This document shows positions 58,180 through 64,000 of a stretch of 64,000 nt of DNA, one piece after another (the stretch's first letter is position 1; each line of letters starts with the position of its first letter). The DNA lies in the NCBI GenBank assembly GCA_963718085.1, contig CAVQYA010000001.1, positions 542,113 through 606,112 on the forward strand. Reading direction: 5' to 3'. Origin of the DNA: an uncultured Chloroflexia bacterium. GTDB lineage: Bacteria; Chloroflexota; Limnocylindria; Limnocylindrales; CSP1-4. The notes under the pieces were generated by a model. The model searched no databases. It saw only the letters and a program-made list of their open reading frames with translations, and was not told the origin of the DNA. The position numbers were made by a program, and so were the translations under genes.

Positions 58180-59486
58180 GCGGCGCCGCCACGCTCGAAC
58201 GTCGACTCGCTGCCCTCCGTTCGACGCGGGCGGCGGACACGCGCACCGGGCTCGCCCCCGCGGGCGGGCGGCGTGGCGCCCTCCTCGCCGAGCGGCTCGC
58301 GGTCGCGCTGGGCGGCCGGGTGGTCGCCGGGGCCGAGGGCCTGGTCGTCCGCGTCGAGCCTCCCGCTATTCGGGTGCCGGTCGTCCGGGAGCGCCTGGCG
58401 CTCCTGCCCGGCCAGCCCGGGCCGGACGTCCCCCTCGTCTTCCTCGACACGGAGACGACCGGCCTCGGCACGGCCACCGGGACGCTCGCGTTCCTCGTCG
58501 GGCTGGGGTGGTGGGACGGCGACGCCTTCCGCCGGCTCCAGCTCGTCTGCCCGGACCACGGCGAGGAGCGCGCCCTGCTCGCCGCCCTGGAAGAGGCGAT
58601 CCCGCCCGACGCATGGCTCGTGACCTACAACGGCCGCAGCTTCGACTGGCCGCTCCTGGTCACCCGCTACCGCCTCCACAGGCGCGACGCCCCACCGCAC
58701 GCCGGGATGCTGGATCTCCTCCCCGGGGTCCGGAGACTCTTCCGGCACCGCCTGGGCGACGCGCGCCTGGCCACCGTGGAGCGGGATCTGCTCGGCGTCC
58801 GGCGGCACGGGGATATCGGCGGCTGGGAGATCCCGGGCCGCTACCTCGACTTCGTCCGTGGCGGACCCGCCGCCCCGCTGGCCCCGGTGCTGGTCCACAA
58901 CGCGGAGGACGTCGCCTCGCTCGCCCGGCTGCTGGCGCACCTCGACGCCCGGTACGCGGACCGGGCCCGGCGGCCCTTCGCCCCGGCGGGTGACCTCGTC
59001 GCGCTCGCTCGGGCGTACACCCGGGAACGTCGCCACGAGGACGCTCTGGGCTGCCTCGACGACGCCGACGCGGCCTGGCTGCCGCCCCCGCCGGGCTCGG
59101 CGGCATGGCCGGGCGGGGCTCCGGCGCCTCGCGTGTCGACGGTGTCGCGCGAGCGGATCAAGGCGGAGCGGGCACGCACGCTGCGCCGGCTGGGGCAGAC
59201 TGGCGACGCGCTCGCGGCATGGGAGGCTCTCGCTCGCGACGGCGGCCCTGCGGCGCCGCGTGCATGGGTGGAAGCCGCGAAGATCCGTGAGTGGGCAGCC
59301 CGCGATCCTGCGGGCGCCCTCCGTGCGGCCGAGGCGGCGGCCCGGTCCGCCGACCACGCGCGCCCGCGCTGGGGCGGCGATCCGGCGTTCGACGACGCGC
59401 TCGCCGCGCGCCTGCGCCGGCTCCGCGGCCGGACGGCGAGCGCGGGCCGATCCCGGGAGGTCAGCCCGGCGCGGACCGCCGGATGA
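58176..59486 (+). CDS. mrfB: RNase H-like (DEDD) exonuclease, YprB/MrfB-like, with an Ala-rich helical C-terminal region
   Basis: The ATG overlaps the helicase stop (ATGA). Exo motifs are present (FLDTETTG, YNGRSFDWPLL, HNAEDV). The protein is 436 aa. Confidence 0.8.
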   Translation: MSGAATLERRLAALRSTRAADTRTGLAPAGGRRGALLAERLAVALGGRVVAGAEGLVVRVEPPAIRVPVVRERLALLPGQPGPDVPLVFLDTETTGLGTATGTLAFLVGLGWWDGDAFRRLQLVCPDHGEERALLAALEEAIPPDAWLVTYNGRSFDWPLLVTRYRLHRRDAPPHAGMLDLLPGVRRLFRHRLGDARLATVERDLLGVRRHGDIGGWEIPGRYLDFVRGGPAAPLAPVLVHNAEDVASLARLLAHLDARYADRARRPFAPAGDLVALARAYTRERRHEDALGCLDDADAAWLPPPPGSAAWPGGAPAPRVSTVSRERIKAERARTLRRLGQTGDALAAWEALARDGGPAAPRAWVEAAKIREWAARDPAGALRAAEAAARSADHARPRWGGDPAFDDALAARLRRLRGRTASAGRSREVSPARTAG

Positions 59487-60447
59487 GCGCCTTGACCATC
59501 TCGAGCGTCGGCACCCCGTCGAGGCCGCTCGACGCGGCCACGTGGGCCGCCGCCACTCGCGCGGCGAACCGGAGGGCCGTCGCGAGCTGCGGGTTCCGCC
59601 CGGCCAGCGCCGGGACGATCCGCGCGGCGAGAAGGCCCGCGAGGAAGGCGTCGCCCGCCCCCGTCGGATCCGGAGCGACCGGCACGTGGACCGCGGGGTA
59701 CCGACACATCCGCGGCGTGGCCGGGCGGACGGCTATGGCGAGGCCCCCGTGCTCCCCGTGCGTCAGGGTGCAGATCGCACCCGCCCGGAGGAACCGGAGG
59801 AGGCTCCGCAGGTCGGTGGAGGGGTCCACGTCCTGGACGCTGACCGAGACCATGTCGGCGCGGCGAAGCAGCGCCCGCGCCGACGCCGGCCGATGGTGGA
59901 CCTCCGCGCCCCGTTCCAGGTCGCGCAGCAGCCCCTGCCAGCCCACGGCCACGATGGCGCCGGGTGGGATCGCGGCCCACCCGTCGGGCAGCTCGTCCGC
60001 CACCGGGCCCATGTACCACGCCGGCGCGGCGCGCCACGACGAGGGCAGGGACGCGACGGGCAGGGGGTCGCCGGGCTCCTCACAGCGGAGCTCCCGGTGG
60101 TCCGGGAAGTCGTGGAGCTGGTAGACGGGTCCGGCGGGCAGCCGGACGAGGTGCAGCTCGGCGCCCGCCTCGCGGAGCAGGTCGAGCTCGCGCGCCTCCG
60201 AGGCAGCGGCGTCCACGCCCATCACGACGCCCACGCGGATGCCGAGACGGGCGAGGGTGAGGGCGCCATAGGTCACGCTGCCGCCCAGCCGCCAGCCGCG
60301 GGGATCCGCCTCGTCGATGTCCCGGGCGGCGGAGCCGACCACGACGACCGTCGGGACGGGCCCTTCCCCGCGGGCAGGGCGCGGCTCGGCTGCCAGCAGG
60401 CCGGCCGGTCCGGCAGCGCCGGCTTCGAGGCCGGGCCCGCCGAGCAT
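59461..60447 (-). CDS. PfkB-family carbohydrate kinase
   Basis: Read from MLGGPGLEAG (ATG 60447; the start is uncertain). It has an N-terminal VVVVGSAARD block and a C-terminal DPTGAGDAF anion-hole motif. It converges on and overlaps the mrfB-like gene by 26 nt. Confidence 0.8.
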   Translation of the reverse strand: MLGGPGLEAGAAGPAGLLAAEPRPARGEGPVPTVVVVGSAARDIDEADPRGWRLGGSVTYGALTLARLGIRVGVVMGVDAAASEARELDLLREAGAELHLVRLPAGPVYQLHDFPDHRELRCEEPGDPLPVASLPSSWRAAPAWYMGPVADELPDGWAAIPPGAIVAVGWQGLLRDLERGAEVHHRPASARALLRRADMVSVSVQDVDPSTDLRSLLRFLRAGAICTLTHGEHGGLAIAVRPATPRMCRYPAVHVPVAPDPTGAGDAFLAGLLAARIVPALAGRNPQLATALRFAARVAAAHVAASSGLDGVPTLEMVKALIRRSAPG

Positions 60448-60615
60448 CGGCCCGGATGCGACGGCCGCTGCCGCTGCCGCGATCGGGGGTCGTGGCGACA
60501 CGGCGGCCGGCGCGGCGGCCTGCGCGCGGCCGTCGCCCGGAGCTTCGGCAGCCGTAGGGAACGCCGCGGGCGGTCCGTATACTGGCCGGGCCGGCCCCCC
60601 AGACGAGGAGACCAC

Positions 60616-60975
60616 GTGTATTTCTACGAGCTCCACGAGGGCGACGACGACCTCTATTCCGACGTTCTGCTGGCCTGCGAAGAGGAGATTGCGCCGGAGG
60701 ACTTCTTCGATCTCGTCCAGGCAATCCGCCGCCGCATCGCCGGCGGCTTCGCGGAAGATACCCTCCTCGAGGCGATTGCCGTCGAGCTGGAGCGCAACCA
60801 GGGGTTCATCTACGTCTCCGACGAGCGGCTGACGGCGGCCGTCAACGTCTCCACCCGGGAGGATGAGAACTTCTTGATCGCCACGAGCGAGGATGAGCTC
60901 GAGACCGCGGGAGCCGAAGCCGACTACCGCGGCGTCTTCGCCGAGTACGTGGACGAGGACGTCCGCCTCAACTGA
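60616..60975 (+). CDS. Acidic 119-aa hypothetical protein
   Basis: The GTG at 60616 is preceded by GAGGAG with a 5-nt spacer. The sequence reads YFYELHEGDDDLYSDVLLACEEEIAPEDFFDLVQAIRRRI..., with protein-like composition. I do not recognise a family. Confidence 0.55.
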   Translation: MYFYELHEGDDDLYSDVLLACEEEIAPEDFFDLVQAIRRRIAGGFAEDTLLEAIAVELERNQGFIYVSDERLTAAVNVSTREDENFLIATSEDELETAGAEADYRGVFAEYVDEDVRLN

Positions 60976-61018
60976 GGCTGCCTCGGAGACGGGCTGCTCG
61001 AAGCCGGCCGGAGACGGG

Positions 61019-62122
61019 CTACTTCGAGAAGAGGATCTCCAGGACGTCGCCGTCGCGGACGCGGTAGGTGCGGCCCTCGGAGCGCAGCTTGCCGTGCTTG
61101 CGCGCCTCGGCCGTCGAGCCGAGGGCCACAAGGTCTTCGTAGGGAACCGTCTCGGCGCGGATGAACCCCCTCGCAAGGTCGGTGTGGATCGCGCCAGCGG
61201 CGTCGACGGCCGTCGCTCCGTCCGGGATCGGCCAGGCGCGGACCTCGTCCGGTCCCGCGGTCAGGAAGCTGACGAGCCCCAGGAGCCGGTACGAGAGGGC
61301 GATCACTCGGTCCAGGCTGCTCTCGGTGATGCCCAGCTCCGCGCCGAACACCGCGGCCTCCTCTGCGTCGAGCTGGCCGAGCTCCATCTCGATCCGGGCA
61401 GAGAGCGAGTCCACCAGGGCGTGCCGGTGGTCGTACCGGGCGGCGATCGAGGCGACGAGCTCGCCGGATCGCGCCACGTCGCCCTCGCCCACGTTCAGCA
61501 GGACGAGGCTCGGCTTCTGGGTCAGGAAGCGGAAGCCGCGGAGGGCCTTCTCTTCGTCGCCATCGAGGCCCGCGTCCCGGATCGGATGGCCGTCCACCAG
61601 GCCCACCCGGATCCGCTCCAGGATCACGCCCTCGCGCTCGTTCGCCTCCCGCTCGGCGGGCGTTCCGTGGCGGCCCGAGCCGTGAATCCGCTCGAGCCGC
61701 CGGTCGACCATCGCCAGGTCCGCCAGGACGAACTCGAAGTCGAGCTGCTCGAGATCCCGCCAGGGGTCCACGGAGCCGGCCGGGTGCGGATGATGCGGGT
61801 CGTCCCAGGCCCGGACGACATGGAGGAGCGCATCGGCGTCGCGGAGCCTCCCCAGGTGCTCGGCGGGCAGGTCTTCGGTGCCGACGTGCCCCTCGGACGA
61901 GGCCGGCGGGGCCGGGAGGTCGACGTAGGTGACGTCGGCGTGGACGATCTTCTTCGGCCGGAAGATCTCCGCGAGGCGATCGAGCCGGAGGTCCGGGACC
62001 TTGACCACACCGACATGGAGCTCCATCCCGCCGAAGCCGCCGGTCTGCGCGTTGCCGCGGGTGAGGGTGTTGAAGACGGTGGTCTTGCCGGCCGCGGCAA
62101 GCCCCACGATCGCGATCTGCAT
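61019..62122 (-). CDS. ychF: Ribosome-binding ATPase YchF (Obg-family, TGS domain)
   Basis: 367 aa with a P-loop (GLAAAGKTT) and a C-terminal TGS-like block (IRAETVPYEDLV...GRTYRVRDGDVLEILF). Confidence 0.88.
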   Translation of the reverse strand: MQIAIVGLAAAGKTTVFNTLTRGNAQTGGFGGMELHVGVVKVPDLRLDRLAEIFRPKKIVHADVTYVDLPAPPASSEGHVGTEDLPAEHLGRLRDADALLHVVRAWDDPHHPHPAGSVDPWRDLEQLDFEFVLADLAMVDRRLERIHGSGRHGTPAEREANEREGVILERIRVGLVDGHPIRDAGLDGDEEKALRGFRFLTQKPSLVLLNVGEGDVARSGELVASIAARYDHRHALVDSLSARIEMELGQLDAEEAAVFGAELGITESSLDRVIALSYRLLGLVSFLTAGPDEVRAWPIPDGATAVDAAGAIHTDLARGFIRAETVPYEDLVALGSTAEARKHGKLRSEGRTYRVRDGDVLEILFSK

Positions 62123-62126
62123 GACG

Positions 62127-63200
62127 TCAGTATCCGACGCCAGGATCCACGGCGTTGCGGAGCGGTTCCCCGGCCGCGTAGCGGCGCAGGTTGTCGGCGA
62201 AGAGCTCCACCGACGCGGCCATGACGCGACCGCTGGACCACGACACGTGGGGCGTCACGATCACGTTCGGCAGTCCATAGAATGCCGAGTCGGGCTGCAG
62301 CGGCTCCTCCCGGAAGGCGTCGAGGACCGCGCCCCCGATCGTCCCCTCCCGCAGCGCCCGCAGGAGGGCCCGCTCCACGATGAGGCGGCCCCGGGCGACG
62401 TTGACCAGCCAGGCGCTCCGCTTCATGAGAGCCAGGACCCGGTCGTCCACGAGGTCCTCCGTCTCCGGCGTCAACGGCAGGGCGAGGATCACGAAGTCCG
62501 CCGCGGCGATGACGTCGCCGAAGGTCTCGGGGCCACCGAGCTCGACGCCCGGCGGCAAAGGCGCCTCGCCGGGGCGCGGGCCGCCCGACCGGCGCGTGGC
62601 CAGGATCCGCGGTCCGAACGGGGCGGCCACCTCGGCGATCGCCCGGCCGATGCTGCCGAAGCCGACGATCCCGAGGGTCGTGTCGCGCAGCTCGCGCCCC
62701 TCCAGTGGCTGCCAGGTCCGCTCCGCGGCGAGCTCCAGGAGCTGGGGCAGGCGGCGGTTCACGGCGAGCACCATCATCAGGACGTACTCGGCGATGGGCC
62801 GGCTGAAGACGCCGCGCCCGTTCGTGATCGTCAGCCCGCGGGCCCGGCCGGCCGGTGTCATGAGGCGCTCGACGCCGGCCGCCGCCGAGTGGATCCAGCG
62901 CAGCCGGGGTGCCCGGGCGAGGAACCGCTCGTAAGCGTCTGCGGCTAGCCACCCGTGCAGAAGGACCTCGACGTCGTCGATCGGACCGTCGGCCATTCCC
63001 TCCCGCGACAGGGTCACGATGCGCGCCCCGGGTGCGGCCGCGCGGATGGCGGCGAGATCCTCCGGGCGGTAGCGGGCCGACAGGATCGGCGAGAGGGCGA
63101 TTGCGCGGGGAACGCCGCCCGGCCCGCCGCCCGGACCGGTCGCGCCCGCGCTCCCCCCGCCCGGTCCGTCGCCCGGCGTGGCGCCGCCCGGCCCGGTCAT
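62127..63200 (-). CDS. D-isomer-specific 2-hydroxyacid dehydrogenase family protein
   Basis: Read from MTGPGG (ATG 63200, ATGA overlap with the upstream stop). It has an NAD motif (LGIVGFGSIGRAIA), catalytic R/E/H contexts (NVARG, TPHVS), and a Gly/Pro-rich N-terminal extension. Confidence 0.86.
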   Translation of the reverse strand: MTGPGGATPGDGPGGGSAGATGPGGGPGGVPRAIALSPILSARYRPEDLAAIRAAAPGARIVTLSREGMADGPIDDVEVLLHGWLAADAYERFLARAPRLRWIHSAAAGVERLMTPAGRARGLTITNGRGVFSRPIAEYVLMMVLAVNRRLPQLLELAAERTWQPLEGRELRDTTLGIVGFGSIGRAIAEVAAPFGPRILATRRSGGPRPGEAPLPPGVELGGPETFGDVIAAADFVILALPLTPETEDLVDDRVLALMKRSAWLVNVARGRLIVERALLRALREGTIGGAVLDAFREEPLQPDSAFYGLPNVIVTPHVSWSSGRVMAASVELFADNLRRYAAGEPLRNAVDPGVGY

Positions 63201-64000
63201 GCCCGCGCTCCTGCCGCGCCCGGCCCGGCACCCGTACCGACGACGCGCCGCACCCACCGCTCCGGCCGCTCGAGCTCGTCGTCGCGCGGCAGCGTCTCCG
63301 GCCCCTCCCAGAGGCGGCGCAGGCCGGCGCTCCCCGCGGCGCCCTGCACCGCCGCGACGAACCGCTCGCCGCGGGCGTACTGCTCCATCTTGAGGTCGAG
63401 TCCCGTGATCCGCAGGATCGCCCGCTCCATCGGAGTCCGGGTGGCCCGCCGCGCATGGAAGCGGGCGCTGATCATCTCGACGCCCGGCACGAGGGCGCGG
63501 CCGACCTCATCCATCACGTGGTCCGAGAAGCCCTCCAGCAGGCTCATCACGGTCTGCGTCTCCCGGAAGAGGCGCCGCTGCTCGTTCGACATGAGGCGCT
63601 CGAGCCAGTGCCCGTCCCCGCCCCGGAGCGCCCGGCGCAGCGCCCGCGGCGCGTCGCGACCGAGGTCTTCGGCGCTCCGGGCGAGTCCGCCGAGCTGGCG
63701 CTCGAGGCGGTCGGCGAGGTAGGGGCGCAGCCAGGGGTGGGCCTCGAACTCGAAGGCGTGCGTCGTCTCGTGGAGGGCGATCCAGGTGCGGAAGGGCTCG
63801 ACGGGCACGCCGAGCGACAGGGCGGTCTGGCGGACGTTTTCCTCCACGAAGAGGAGCTGCCCCGGCACGGCCTCCGCGGAAAGGAGGGCGAGGTCGTACT
63901 GGCCAAGGACGCGCTGACCCATGAAGCCGAGCAGGAACCCGAGCTGGCGGGTCGTGATCCAGCGGTTCGCCAGGGCGAGCGAAGCCTTCCCGAGCCCGGC
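63197..64000 (-). CDS. Zinc-dependent metalloprotease, DUF2342-like (N-terminus beyond window)
   Basis: HETTHAFEF (HExxH) lies within a DUF2342-like sequence. The frame stays open upstream of the listed Met out to position 64000 (..GLGKASLALANRWITTRQLGFLLGFMGQRVLGQYDL). Confidence 0.78.
   Translation of the reverse strand, partial: AGLGKASLALANRWITTRQLGFLLGFMGQRVLGQYDLALLSAEAVPGQLLFVEENVRQTALSLGVPVEPFRTWIALHETTHAFEFEAHPWLRPYLADRLERQLGGLARSAEDLGRDAPRALRRALRGGDGHWLERLMSNEQRRLFRETQTVMSLLEGFSDHVMDEVGRALVPGVEMISARFHARRATRTPMERAILRITGLDLKMEQYARGERFVAAVQGAAGSAGLRRLWEGPETLPRDDELERPERWVRRVVGTGAGPGAAGARA

Overview
This is a very GC-rich chromosomal segment (by eye about 70 percent or more, not computed). 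It is dominated by minus-strand housekeeping genes packed into long operons, many joined by 4-nt ATGA/GTGA stop-start overlaps. I recognised these by motif and memory only, with no searches run:
- Translation and stress: alaS, aspS, hisS, typA, relA/spoT, ychF, ftsH, and a tRNA with a CAT anticodon.
- tRNA thiolation: an iscS-like cysteine desulfurase plus mnmA.
- DNA functions: comM, dprA, topA, xerC, and a MrfA/MrfB-like helicase-exonuclease pair.
- Cell wall: murE, two FemAB-family paralogs, murJ.
- Aromatic amino acid genes: tyrA, TrpB2.
- Other: an SPFH/NfeD pair, ppa, thpR, a KdpD/KdpE-like two-component system next to a KimA-like K+ transporter, and a small inositol-type cluster (IolG-like remnant, LacI-type regulator read in frame with IolB, and a perfect palindromic operator).

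Gene order (iscS-mnmA...alaS, dprA-topA-xerC, yprA/yprB-like, kimA-like) resembles Firmicutes/Terrabacteria despite the GC content.

I found no CRISPR array, prophage, IS element or obvious defence island, and I cannot point to one convincing novel system. The observations most worth a second look are:
1. At least ten single-nucleotide insertions interrupt otherwise clear genes, several of them essential, all between 11.5 and 34.4 kb.
2. There are structured intergenic tandem repeats: 164 bp x2 upstream of alaS and 117 bp x3.2 upstream of ppa.
3. An actin-like ATPase and a large unknown membrane protein sit directly behind alaS.
4. A KdpDE-like system is paired with a KimA-like transporter rather than kdpFABC.
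5. The LacI-IolB reading-frame fusion has an alternative GTGA-overlap explanation.
6. There is an orphan DnaB_C-only ATPase.

Most long plus-strand ORFs in the supplied track are GC-driven shadow ORFs.
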